A DNA stretch of 64,000 nucleotides from Eledone cirrhosa. Its lineage: Eukaryota. Shown in pieces: positions 25,616 to 38,237 of the stretch. Location of the stretch: contig OZ024741.1 of the NCBI GenBank assembly GCA_964016885.1, positions 196,354,001 to 196,418,000 on the forward strand, in the 5' to 3' direction. The notes beneath the pieces are model-generated. The model saw nothing but the letters and a program-made list of their open reading frames with translations. It did no database searches and was not told where the DNA came from. Within the stretch, counting starts at the first letter, position 1. The number at the start of each line of letters is the position of its first letter. The position numbers and the translations under genes are program-made.

Positions 25616-28512
25616 GTGGAAGTATACACGTCGTAGGAAATTTTGTTCCCGTAAGTTTGTGGTTTTGAACAGTTTTTATTGCAAACTTATTGTAAAAATT
25701 TATATTGTTTTGTGTTTAAACACACCTCACTTCTCTTCAGGTGGTCGAAATTAATCGGTATTTAGCCCTTCGGGGCTAAATTCCGATTTGAACTTTGCAT
25801 TTAGCAAATATGGCCACAAAAAAAAAAGAAAAGTGGCATCATTCAAAAAATCTGTTTCTCTACCATGTCTCCACACAAAAATTACTACTTCAGCAAGCTA
25901 TCCTTCTCTTCCTTGTCTTCCCTCACAACAATTTCCTTCTTCACCAAGCTATCAGCGTGGAGTCTCGCTTTCCTTTTCGTCTTCTTCATCGTCACATAGT
26001 GAAAGTCAGGTAAAGGCCATTTCATTCTCTTCTTCATCAAGCGGTGGTCGAGAAGCGGCTGCTGCTGATGCATTTGACAACAAAGGAGGTAGCATTAGCA
26101 GCGGCAGTATTAACAATAACACCAGTGGTAGTAGCAGCAGCAGCAGCAGCAATGCCAACAACACCGTTTGTAGCAGTAACAACAACATCAGCACCAACAA
26201 CAACAAGATCAGTAGCAGCAGTAGCGGCGACAACAATGATGCCACTGAAAAAGGGACCATCTCTTTTGCAAAGGTGGCTCGCAACGTAGTAACAGTCCTG
26301 ATCACAGAGGAAGAGATGGCGGTCGCAAGACACATGGTAACCAGAACTGAATTTTCAGTGTCCTTGAAACCACCAACCAACTTCCTGGAGGAGCAAGAGC
26401 GACGCACAGTGTCACACCGCACAATTGCCATGAAATCGCGTCGTGTGGAGAGAGCCTCAGAGGCCCAAATCCAGGAGGCCTTGAGAACTGTGTGAGCACG
26501 GAAAACCCACATCACCCGTGGCAAGAAATATGTAACTGTGGGCGTCCTTTTTGCTACCACCCAGGAAGCAAAATTGCATTCATTGAAAACCCTGTGGAGT
26601 GATGAAATAACGTTAGTCCCATTTTACTGCGGGAAAAAAATTGTTACGGTCAGGGTAACCCAGGTCTATGTACCCATGCCTTGGCTGGTCATGTCTGTTC
26701 TTGCGAGCATCGAGGATAGAACAACCATTCTGAAGTTGGGGAGAGAGGACTGATCCGGTCGTGGAATGGAGATGCTCATCCAAACCGACCAGGACTGCAT
26801 TAGCGCTATTCCCAACATAATAGACCTCGGGAATGGCTCCAACTTTCCATATCTGTGGAAGGAAGGCGCCCAAAGTGCTTCAACTGTGGATCGAAGTCTC
26901 ACCTCAGGGCCTTCTGCCCACAGAAAATAACAAAGGTCAAAGTCCCCCTCCTTCCAACACCGGAACCGTTGCCATCAGAAACAGAACAGTCAGCAAAAAA
27001 GTCAGGTGTTTCTACAGAGAGTAGGAGGACAACATCCGTGGCACCCACACCAAAGCCACGGACAACAAAAACAGCGGTGGCAACTGCAATAACAGAAACA
27101 GCTGCACTAGCTTCACCTGTGCCAAGAATGGCAGACCAGGCTCCACCACCACCAACAACAACAACAAAGACAAATGGGAGGGTAGAACTCATACCCCTCG
27201 CCGACCTCTCACAGTCGGACATGGAGTATGAGGCAGCTGAGGAGTGGAAAACGGTTGTCAACAAGAAGAACTAACACAAAAACACCACAGCTTCTCCCTC
27301 CAAAAGCGAAGGCAAAGAAAGAGGGGTAAAGGTTGCAAGGAGACTTGTAGCAACACCACCACCATCACCATCTCTACCACAAGCATCACCACCAACAATA
27401 ACCACACCACCCAACAGCAACAAAATCAACATCCCCCCAAAAAAGTACACAGCCATAAATATCGCACACAAAGGATTAATGGAACATATAAAACAACACC
27501 CCACCAACACCAAGAACATTACCCAAAAACATTACAATTGTCGAAATTAAACTGGAAGACTATAAACAATTAAAGCAAAAATTCCCTAACGCAGTTGGGG
27601 ATTTCAGGAGGTCACTCTCCAAAAGAATATATACAGATATCATCTTGGAGACACCCATGACCAGCCGAAGGGATAGTTCTACTGTCCCTTCCCCACATGA
27701 TCAAGGTAAGTGATCCTTTCTCCCTTACCCCGTTTCCTCATCCAGCATGGCCATACTTAGAATAGGCAGTATAAATGTACGTGGCCTGGGGTCATCTGGG
27801 ACAGCCGAGCCTGTCCGAGATGCATGCAGGGCGACGAATCCGTCCTGCATGCACTCGTTCGGTGCCCAAGGATTGCTGACTTATGGAGCTATGTCGAACA
27901 GCTGCTGTCACATGTAAGATCCAGTTATCGACTGAGTCCATTGTGCAGATAGCCCCGCCATCCTCCTTTAAAGAGGAGGAAGGGCAGGTAGTTGTCATCT
28001 GCCTTGTGGCCATGGCTTCAACCCTTTCAGCCTTGTCCACCACACAATCTCTTAAGATTTTGTGGTGGATAAGGCTGAAAGGGTTGAAGACAGACTTTCC
28101 TCTCCAGCCAATCCCTGATTAACTTTTTCAAGTTTCACTTGAAGAGGAAAATCAGGGTAGAGAGGCAAGTGCTGTCGTCTAGTAAGTTTGTTGAAAGGTG
28201 CGTGAAAGTGGCAAGTCTAGTTCGAGTGAACAGGCCCACTCTGAGTATGTGCCTGTAGAGTGAGGAGTGGGAAAACTGCGCTTGCCCTGGTGGCTGTGGT
28301 CTTTTGTGTGGGTTTCACCACGAGTGACCCTCGGAGGTTTCCCCCTTTTTGGGGAATTTTTGTTGTTTGAATTTTTTATTTCTATCTTGTTATAACCTTT
28401 TTTACACAGCCAAAACCCACTTTGTATCGTCCTGTATCGTTCTGTATCATCCGTAATGTTTTTCTTCATGTTAGCCCTTGTGGCCAATAAAGAAACCATT
28501 ATTATTATTATT
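25616..28512 (+). mobile_element. Tx1/L1-clade LINE copy A: disrupted ORF1, ORF2 almost wholly deleted
   Basis: ORF1 with CCHC knuckle KCFNCGSKSHLRAFC; ORF2 start MAILRIGSINVRGLGS (27748) joined at ~27798 to C-terminal CPRC...ESVLHALVRC zinc finger; aataaa + (att)n end. Confidence 0.85.
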
Positions 28513-31500
28513 GGCGACCTACGTAGGAAATCGTATTATCGTGAGCTCCACAAAGGTTTGTTGTTTTCAATTGTTTCAAATTGCCAGTTATGGAAAATTT
28601 TTGTTGTTAAGTGTTTATAAGTTCACATATATTGCTTTTTGAAAAGGACACTCAATAATATTGGGGCCTTGAGCCCAAAATTTAAACTTTATATTTATCA
28701 AACAAAAAATTTCTTTGAATAAAAAACATGGACGGCATTCAGCTACCAAAATCTGCTGACAGCTTTTTTAACAGATTAACATCTCCCACCATCACCATTG
28801 TAAACCTTGCTACGGTTGCCAACACTGAAAATATAAGTAATAGCAGTGGCAATTATTTAGATTTGTCACATACAGTCATGGATTTCCCACCATTACCAAT
28901 GTCTACAGGTGTTAAAACTGCGATCCCCATCACCACAATGTCAAAAAGACCAACCAACACCACTGATACCACCACCACCACCACCACCACAGCAACAACT
29001 GAAACAAAAAATAAATTATTATCTCGTGATATCGAAATGGATTCTCCGAAAATCGACTCTTCCAAGCCAAACGCCACTGACGCCACCACCACCACCACCA
29101 CCACAACTGAAACTAAAAATAATAATAACAAAAATAACAATAACAACAACAGCAACAATAAGAATAACAACAACATCAACACCAGCACAAAACCAAATGA
29201 GTCGTTTGCTAAAGCGGGAAACAAAAATGAAATGGCTGAGGTAAGCCAGGAAGAATTGAATGAAGCCAAGCAAATGGTAAAAAAATATGGTTACAGGATC
29301 AGCCTCACCCCCCACCCCCCATCTAATACCATGGAGCATCGGCGCCTATGCACCGTGTCATATCGCACGATAAACATTAGAACACGCCGAGTGGAACGGG
29401 CATCCGAGTCCCAGATACAAAAAGCTTTGGGACATGTGTGGGCGAAAAAAACCCACATCAGACGTGGGAAAAAATATGGAACCGTGAATATGTTCTTTTG
29501 AACCCCACAGGAAGCCAGAGAGCACTCCATGGCCCCATTAAAAAATAACGAGTTCACACTCGTCCCAAGCTATTGTGGTCAGAGGCTGGTAAGGATCAGG
29601 GTGATCCAGGTTCCGCCAGCCATTGAAATTCCCTGCCTAATGGCTGCCATCCTCGCCAACATCAAGGTCGACATAAAAGTAATTGAGGTGATAAAAATAA
29701 AGCAGGAGAACTGGTCCGGATCTGGGATGGAGCTCCTGATTTAAGCGGACCAAAAAAACATACAGGAAATTCCAGAGGTGATAGACCTCAATGACGGCAG
29801 CCATCTCCCCGTAATCGTTGAGGGTAGAAGGCCTAGGTGTGTCGTTTGTGGTGAAGGAACCCACATAAAGGCTTTCTGCCCTCAGGCTAAAAAGTTGAGG
29901 CCACCTCTCCTGCCCACCCCAGTGACTCAACTATCAAAACCAGCAGCAGAAATGGCAGCAACAACTGTAGCAGCAACAACAGAAGCAACTGTAGCAGCAA
30001 CAACCCCAGCAACTGTAGCAGCAACAGTAGCAAAACCAACACCACCACCACCCACCATGCCAGCATTAGCACCAGTGCCTCCACCATCCACCACGCCACA
30101 ACCAAAACCAACACCTGTGGAGGATTTTCCACTCTCTGACCTCTCGCAACTGGAGACAGATTGTGATGATGAGGAGGAGTGGGAAACTGTATCTGGAAAA
30201 AAGAAAGAAAAAAAGAAACTAAAAAGAAAAAATCCTCTTCCTTCGCCCTCCAAAAACAAAAGGTAGAAACAAACAAACTTACAAAAAAGTTAAGACAGCT
30301 ATGCCACCACCCACACCAGCATCACCAGCCCCATCACCACAAACTCCAACACCATCACCAGCATTAACCCCAACACCACCATCACCAACATCACAAAAAT
30401 CACCAACAAGTGTAACAGAAACAAACCCACAACAAATGCAAATAAAACAAAACAACCAAAACGACACACACTACACAGCATTAAATTTGAACAACAACCA
30501 ATTATTACACTGCATCCAACACAACACCGGCATCACAGAAAAATACTATACAACACCCCAATATTCACACTACTCCCACACATACAAATCACTCGCATCA
30601 CACAGAAAACATACACGACACTAAAATTAAAATTCCCCAAGGACATCGGAGACTTCCGACAAACAATGAGAAGGATGAAAAAAACCATCCTTCCCCCACA
30701 AGAAGTGAGGTAAGTGGTCTTTCCCATCTTTTTCCACTCCTTTTCATCATGACCTTACTTAGAATAGGCAGCATAAATGCGCGTGGCCTGGGGTCGTCAT
30801 GGAAGCAGGGCCACCTGCTGAACGACCTCAGGTAACTAAACATAGATGTGGTGGCCATCAGTGAGACCAGAATCTCCGAAGCACGAGCCTTCGCACCGAT
30901 CTTCGGCAGCTACGATGTATACGCATCTCCCAGCCATCCAGGATCAGGGTGGGGGCGAGTTGCTGTGCTTTTTTAGAGAGGCTTGGATCTCACCATACAG
31001 GCCATCTTCCTGGAACTAGAAGGTAAGTTGGTGGTGCTGGACGTGACCAATGGAGACAGGCAAGCTTTCAGGCTAGTGGCCATCTATGTCCCAACAGGAG
31101 CAGGGCAGCCTGATTTCTTCCGGCGTCTGGAGACCTTTCTTGGAATGTCCCGCTCTTTAATGTTAGTGGGTGACTGGAATGGGATCTTAGATGCACGCTA
31201 GGACTGTGTGGGATTAGCGAATAGGGGAGGAGGGTGTAAAAACCTTGCAAACCTGCTCAGACGGTTTCAACTGTCTGACAGGTACCGTCTGGATTTCCCG
31301 AATGTGCCAATATGGACATGGACAAACCGCATCGGGTCATCCAGATCATATCTAGATGTGGTGTTTTGTAGGGAAATAGATAGGACTAACATAGGCTGTC
31401 AACAATTCAAGATAGTCCACTACACGGACCACAAATTCGTGATCTGTGAGGTTGATTTAGATAGGCTTCATAGACAGGGACCCGGCTACTGGAAGCTAAA

Positions 31501-32663
31501 CGCGCCGTTAATAGCGCGCAAAGCCTACAGAGACCGGATTAGCGAACTAGTTAAGTGGGTGTTGACAGGGGCCATCGTCAACAACAAGTGGTGGTTTGCT
31601 CTGAAAAGAGCGATTAGAATAGAGTCCATTAGGTTTAGTAAGGCTTTAGCAATAGAGAAAAATAGAGCAGAGGGAGAACTAGTTAGAAAATTAGACGAGG
31701 CGCTTAGTAAAGGCATCGCAACCGACGTGCTTGCGGCGAAATTGGCCCTCGACCAATTCTTCAATGCAAAGCACGAAGGCTGCATTGTCAGAGCTAGGGT
31801 GTGTGCTCTCAGACATGAGGGGATGAAAGGCGTTCAATGGGCCCAAGTGGCGGAGGTGCGTCGTGGAAACAAAGCTCCGATCCAGTCTTTGGTAGACCAC
31901 GACGGGCGCATGCTACTCAATCTCAGGCAAATGTGTGAAGCTTTTCAGGGACATTTCGCTCTGTTGTTCCGGGGCAGCGGTGCGCTGGATCATGGGATGG
32001 ACTTTAGTGCCTACCTCGACGGACTGCCGTGGCTCTCGGCCACTGAGACGGAGTGTTGCGAAAAGCCGATAACAGCCGCTGAAGTACGGGAGGCAATGGC
32101 TGGCTGCACAAGGGGTAAATCACCTGCTTTGGATGGTCTGCCCTACGAACTTTAGGTACACATGCCAGACTTGTTCGGAGACCTCTTGGCGGATGTCTAC
32201 TGCAACTGGCAACAGAACAGGAGAATTCCCAGCTGAGGAGCGGTGGCACTGCTGAGAAAGAATCCAAACAAGGGGGATAACAGATAATTTCAGGCCCATA
32301 ACTCTGCTAAACACAGAGTTCAAGATTTTGACCAAGATTTTGTCGAAAGATGGGTGTGAGAGGCAAGCATGGCCCGAATGAATGGGCCTGTAAATTGAAG
32401 GTGGAAAACTGGGAGAGGGCACTTGCCCTGGTGGTCAGGGTCACCGTGGCTTTTTTAATGGGCTTTCTCCACGAATGTCCCTCGGAAGTCTCCCCCATTG
32501 AGGAATTTTTCATTGTTTCTTTTATTGTTACAACCTCTGTTTTTGTTTTTGTTACACGCAGAAATGCCCATTTGTACCATCCTGTACTGTCCTTAATGTT
32601 TTACTTTGTATCAACCCTTGTGGTTAATAAAGAAAGCATTATTATTATTATTATTATTATTAT
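28513..32663 (+). mobile_element. Tx1/L1-clade LINE copy B: disrupted ORF1, APE and linker, RT core deleted
   Basis: ORF1 28728-~30713 with CVVCGEGTHIKAFC; ORF2 MTLLRIGSINARGL, VGDWN, WTW..SRSYLD, YTDH, GPGYWKLN, KSPALDGLP, NFRPITLLNTEFKILTKIL then jump to the C-terminus at ~32342; (att)n tail. Confidence 0.9.
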
Positions 32664-32710
32664 TGGTGTTTTTGTTGTTGCTGTTGTTGTTGTTGTTGTT
32701 ATTATTATTA

Positions 32711-32943
32711 TGGGCAGTGGATTGGCAGTATCAGTAGAGGGTCAGACGCGATGCTTTGCAAGCATAGAGTTACGGTCCTTTACAGTCTGAGTTCAAATCT
32801 TGCCGAGGTTAACTTTGCCTTTCATCTTTACGGGGTTGAGAAAATAAAGTACCAGTAATGCACTGTGGTTGATTTAATTGACTTTCCCTTCCCCTTCAAA
32901 TTGCTGGCCTTGTGCCTAAAGTAGAAACAATTATTACTATTAT
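32711..32943 (+). mobile_element. Meta-domain SINE
   Basis: Same family as 25394-25612. Confidence 0.8.
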
Positions 32944-33029
32944 TGATATTATTTTCACTAGTTTTTACTATATTCTTATGTTTTTATTTTACACCTTTTA
33001 AGTTTACTATATATATTAACATTAAGTGA

Positions 33030-34340
33030 GGCTTAGAAATACTTTTATGGCTAATGATATTATTAGCTACCTTTTTAGTAGAGTTGAAGTATATTTCCTC
33101 ATTATATCCAGATCTAGTAAGAGCATTATTATAATATTGAGCATTTTGTTCGAAGATATTCTATCAGATACATTATTAATAATAGATTTAGGGTGGTTTG
33201 AATTTTTATGTATGTAATCTAAAAAATCACAAGGTTTATGATAGGGTCTAGAAAGTTCAGTATTCAATTCTAGTGTGACATTCAGGAAATGAACTACCTT
33301 TGTATTAGTCTCAACAGTTATAGTTTAGTTATAGTGTTTAAAGAATTTGTGCAAGTGTTTCCTAACCCTCTCAAATGCAGAATTAAAATTTCTAAAGGTA
33401 AACAGAGACCATCTCTATAAGGCCCCACCACCCACCCACCCAATTGAAGGAAATCACTTATTAAGTTATTAAGGAGAAATAAGCAAACAAGGTCAGTGAC
33501 CTGGGCTGAGTCACTCAACACCATAATAATGTCAAAATTATTTGGACGATTTTTCCTCATCCAAAGGCTACCATCAAATTCAATGATAGTGGCTAAGACA
33601 ATATCAATTTCCTGTCTTGTAATATTAATAAGGTCTAAAGCAATATATAGTGCTTCATTGAGAAGGATAGGAGAAATAGATGCATAATAATTGTTAACAT
33701 CAAATTGTAAAAATTTCACATCTTTCTTATCTAATTAAAAAAAAAACACTCTATAACAACATTTGTATTTCCCCCATAAGTCAAGTGTAGTTTTCTGCCT
33801 AATGGCAGGTATAATTCTATCAAGGATATTTTTACTAATTTTTCCTATATCAGAGCTCAGAGGACATATTAATCTAATAGATTAATATGCTAATATGCTA
33901 ATAAAATCTTTCTTATTTATCCTTAAGGTTAAACCTGGAGGGGGGGGGGGGGATATATGGTTCAGTGTATTTTTCAAAATTCAGTTGTTTTATAATATTT
34001 TTATCCATTGAGTTAACTTTGTTAGTTTTTTTAATACCGTATTTCCTGGTGCCGAAGATGCTTCATCCTTGAGGACACACCCTAATTTTGACAACCAAAA
34101 ATTTGATAAAAAATAATAAACAACCTTCAGCCGCCAGGATGTATGGTAGATTTTTGAAATGCTGGGATAATACGGTAGTTTTTTTAAGTTCTTTATAGAG
34201 GAAATAATTATAGAAATCATAGTCCATACTGCATGTGTTTTTAGTCTTTGCAAGTACCTGTTTTTTTGTTTTTTATTGTTTTTTTCCTGTTTTCTAGAAT
34301 TGTTAAAAGTAGAGTTAAGTTGTTTCAAGAATGATTTATA
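33030..34340 (-). mobile_element. Decayed Penelope-like RT of a second (invertebrate Naiad/Hydra-like; clade uncertain) type
   Basis: RLICPLSSDIGKISKNILDRI; FLQFDVNNYYASIS; WMRK..NFDIIM..DSAQVTDLV; YRDG; VHFLNVTL; RPYHKP..YIHKNSNHP. Confidence 0.75.
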
Positions 34341-34349
34341 ATACTGTCG

Positions 34350-34759
34350 CTCTTCACTCCCTATATGACAACACTGCAGAGAGAGAAACAATGTATATGA
34401 TCAAATGGAGCGTTCCGTATATTCCCCCTCTCTATAATTTAACTGCTTTACTCTCTCTGTCACTCTTCACTCCCTATATGACAACACTGCAGAGAGAGAA
34501 ACAATGTATATGATCAAATGGAGCGTTCCGTATATTCCCCCTCTCTATAATTTAACTGCTTTACTCTCTCTGTCACTCTTCACTCCCTATATGACAACAC
34601 TGCAGAGAGAGAAACAATGTATATGATAAAATGGAGAGTTCCGTATATTCCCCCTCTCTATAATTTAACTGCTTTACTCTCTCTGTCACTCTTCACTCCC
34701 TATATGACAACACTGCAGAGAGAGAAACAATGTATATGATCAAATGGAGCGTTCCGTAT
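34350..34759. repeat. Tandem minisatellite, ~114-bp unit x ~3.6
   Basis: ctcttcactccctatatgacaacactgcagagagag... repeats starting ~34350, 34464, 34576, 34689; near-identical units. Confidence 0.9.
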
Positions 34760-35380
34760 TGGCATATGGCTTATCTGGGGCATTTTCAATTGGCTTATTG
34801 CAAATAACAACCCGCAAAATAACACTTCATATAACAGATTAATGCTATAGACATATAAATCGGAATGTAACCCATGAACTTTTTGCTGGGCAAAATTATT
34901 CGAACAGACATGACCTCATTGCCAGAGTGTTCAGACTGAAACTGGCTAATCTCCCATAGCCAACTTTATGTTGCCTGTTCCCACGTAGGGAGCAGGAATG
35001 GACTTTTTGCTTATACTCCTCAAGGGATGACATGCAATATAGTCTACAAAGAGGTGCTATAGATGTTGGTGCAGGTGTTGGAGGTGTTGGAGCTATGCCA
35101 TCTGGAAAACTGGTAGGGTCACCCATAGCGGACAGATCTGACACCCAGCGGCATCAGGGCCACCATCTTGCAACTTTGGTCTACTAAATTCGCTATTGGA
35201 AGATTATTAACCCATCATTGATTGTCCAAAATGCTAATTGGTTCGTAACTATTAATAACCGGTTCAACTGCTTTATGCACTTAATTGATAAGCTTATGGG
35301 CTTTCAAGCTACTTTTACCTGTATGTAACTTTTCATAGCAAATGAACAAACCCGAGCAACGCCGGGCTCAACTGCTAGTG
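34760..35380 (-). mobile_element. Non-autonomous Helentron/HINE-like element
   Basis: Minus-strand terminus actagcagttgagcccggcgttgctcggg (CTAG start plus subterminal hairpin). Confidence 0.5.
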
Positions 35381-35422
35381 TAAGATAAAGCCTTTACTTT
35401 GAAAATACAATAGTAAATATAG

Positions 35423-35617
35423 AATAATTGTTTCTACGTTTGGCACAAGGCCAGCAATTACCCAGTGCATTACTGGTACTTTATTTAATCGACCCCGTAA
35501 GGATGAAAGGCAAAGTTAACCTGGGCGGGATTTGAACTCAGAATGGCAAGGACCGTAACTCTATACGTCCAAAGCATGGCATCTGACCCTCTACCAATAC
35601 TGCCAATCCACCGCCCT
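35423..35617 (-). mobile_element. Meta-domain SINE
   Basis: Reverse complement of the 25394 family. Confidence 0.8.
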
Positions 35618-37929
35618 AATAATGTAAATGCTAAAGGGTTAACTACTGTTTATGCCTGATCTGGTGTCTTCACATCCTCATTACTGAGTGTCAGTGACCA
35701 TAGATAATTGCACCAATGCTCATCTACATTATGCTATATGTCCATGATTCTCATTGGGAAAAAGTGACACCGGTAGGTCCTGAATCCTCATCTGACCATT
35801 ATTTGGAAGCTGGCTACTGAGTCACAGCTTATCTGCCTTCATCCCAAGGATGAAGCTGTTGGCCACTTGAAATGTTGTCACCAAGGTGACTAAGGAGTAC
35901 CATTTACCCCAGTTTTGAAATCAGAGTGACCTTTCTGCTAGACAGACTACCAACCTAGCCTAATAAGTTCTATCTACTTGTTATTTTATTACACAGTACA
36001 GGATGTCCATTGACTTTCCTGAGTTTATCTGCCCTGACAGGTTTTATTTTTTATTCTGTAGAGTGTCCAAAAATCACCCTTCTTACCAAACAAGTCTGGG
36101 AAGGCTAATAGTTTAGTCGCTGATGACCTGACCATATGATAGGTGGTATGTTACCTGTAGCAATTGAGAGCAACCTGATATAGCAGCTAATGCTACCACC
36201 CTCCAAATTTGTTTCCTCGTAACTTTGTTAATAATACATATTTTTCATAGATTTTACAGAGATACATTTTCTAAGTTGTAGATCATCATTGTACTGATGA
36301 AACTGAAATTATTTTTTAGAATTGCTGTGTACAGGAAGGGGATTAATGGAAGTTACAGAGAGTATGAGAAACACTATCTTCTGTCCTTTAGTTCATCATC
36401 ACCAACATACAGATGATATACAGATGGTATAGACTGTTCTGGATTGTGAAAGATTCAGTTTTAGCATTGGTAGGAGATGAGCATGTTAGCAACAGGGAGC
36501 TATGAAGAATTGATGTTGTTGAGCAAGATTACTTTGAAGAGAGGTGAAGAGAGGTATATGTCCTCATATAAGGTTAAAGAGTTGGTGATGATTTTGAAGA
36601 GTAAAAGAGCAAACGCACTTGGAGGTATAAGAGGGAAATTTTAGCTGAGCCAGAGCAGCTGAAATCTTTGTTGCTGATATCCAGGTGAGGGAGATAAGTA
36701 GTGGAAAGAGTGGAGAAGTCTACATATGTTTAGGCACAATCTTTCAGAATGAAATTGGAGTAAAGAGTGTAAACTGACTAGCAGAGATTGATCCAAGATA
36801 GAGTTGCAAAATTTGTGGGATTTGCATATGAATAAGAAGGGATGTATAGGGTCTAAGCTGGAACAAATTTCACAGATATTAGAGAAGAGGAAGGAGAATA
36901 GTTCACTGGAGTCAATTCTGACTTTTAGCATCTTGGGTGGAGGAATAATAGATGAAGAAATGTCAAAATATTATGAAAATCCCCAACCAAGAACCTGGTC
37001 CAAATACTTGCAACTGAACAAAACGGAGCAGTTGGTGGTGTTAAATCAAGCAGTATGCTGTGCCTACCACCCCCACCCCCCAAATGGAGCAGGATAACTA
37101 CACCATAAATAACAACTATTTTAGAAGAATGTGGACCAAGAGGCAAGCAACAAGTATATAGAGTTCCATTTGTGTTTTACAAGTAACAACATAACAGTTT
37201 CCTCATTAGAGAGGCAGGGGCAGAGAATGGTCAGAGAGTAGGAGAGGTTGGTTGGGGAAGGAAGAAAGGAGAGTTGGGGGAAGAAAGTGGGAGAGAGAGA
37301 TTTCTTGTTTGAATTCACTTGCTATGTAACTGTCGCTGGTTCTTCCATTCATTGCCTCTTTTGTTACCATATTTCTCATGAGAAATACTCTTTCAATTAA
37401 TTAATGCGAAAAAGTTTGAATGATTTACTAAAATTATTAATTATTTCATTACTAATATAATAACTTAGTATATAGTTTTTATATAAAATTATGTTGGGAA
37501 ATTTATTTAAATAAGAACCCTTTAAAGTATATGGTTCTGTTTCATAGAACCAGAGTCAGTTTCAGATGGTTTTGGTAATGAAAGGGTTAAATAAAACCTC
37601 TAATCTACGAAACCAGTTTGTTTTGATTATGGGTAGATTAGATCACGAAATGTCTTCCATATATAATCTCAGGGTGTAGCTATTCATCTAATTTGGGTCA
37701 TTAAAAAAATACCACTTATAAGTATTGTTGTAGCTTATGTTTGACAATTAAAACAAAATAAGAATTGAAGTATCATTTTTCTTATTTCGAACCATAAAGC
37801 CAAGGTTACCCTAATTCTTGTTTTATTTTAAATGTCATACTTTTAAGTCATAAGAAAACTTACAAGGTGTTTTTTTTTTAACAATCTAAATTGGTTATAT
37901 ATATATAAGTTAATGCTCGTTTCCCCCTC

Positions 37930-38079
<150 letters not shown>

Positions 38080-38237
38080 CAACTAATACCTTAACACTTC
38101 ACACAAAGTAAAACATTTCGTTTTAATCATTTTCTAACCCAGAAAAAAGAGAGAGAGAAACAAAAAAGGAAAAAAATATATTTTTCTTCCTCATAATCGT
38201 CTCTTTCTCCCTGTTTTCATATATATATATATATATA

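Noticed and set aside
26490-26756. Two in-frame TGA codons in Tx1 copy A ORF1 at positions that are TGG (Trp) in copy B, hinting at recoding
   Set aside because: The same ORF also has frameshifts and copy B has other stops; ordinary decay explains it
26006-30481. Hydrophobic antisense ORFs resembling membrane proteins
   Set aside because: They are reverse reads of low-complexity CAA/CAG/CCA tracts in Tx1 ORF1
34022-34186. Complementary segments taccgtatt/aatacggta and cctgg/ccagg near the PLE 5' region as a ribozyme or SECIS
   Set aside because: Could not assemble a hammerhead core or a SECIS quartet
34350-34759. Tandem repeat as a CRISPR-like array
   Set aside because: Units are contiguous without unique spacers, and the context is eukaryotic
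35850-37330. Purine-rich stretches here and at ~18700-19040, ~20100-20620 and ~53100-53760
   Set aside because: Probably very old CR1/L2-type LINE debris on the minus strand, too decayed to call
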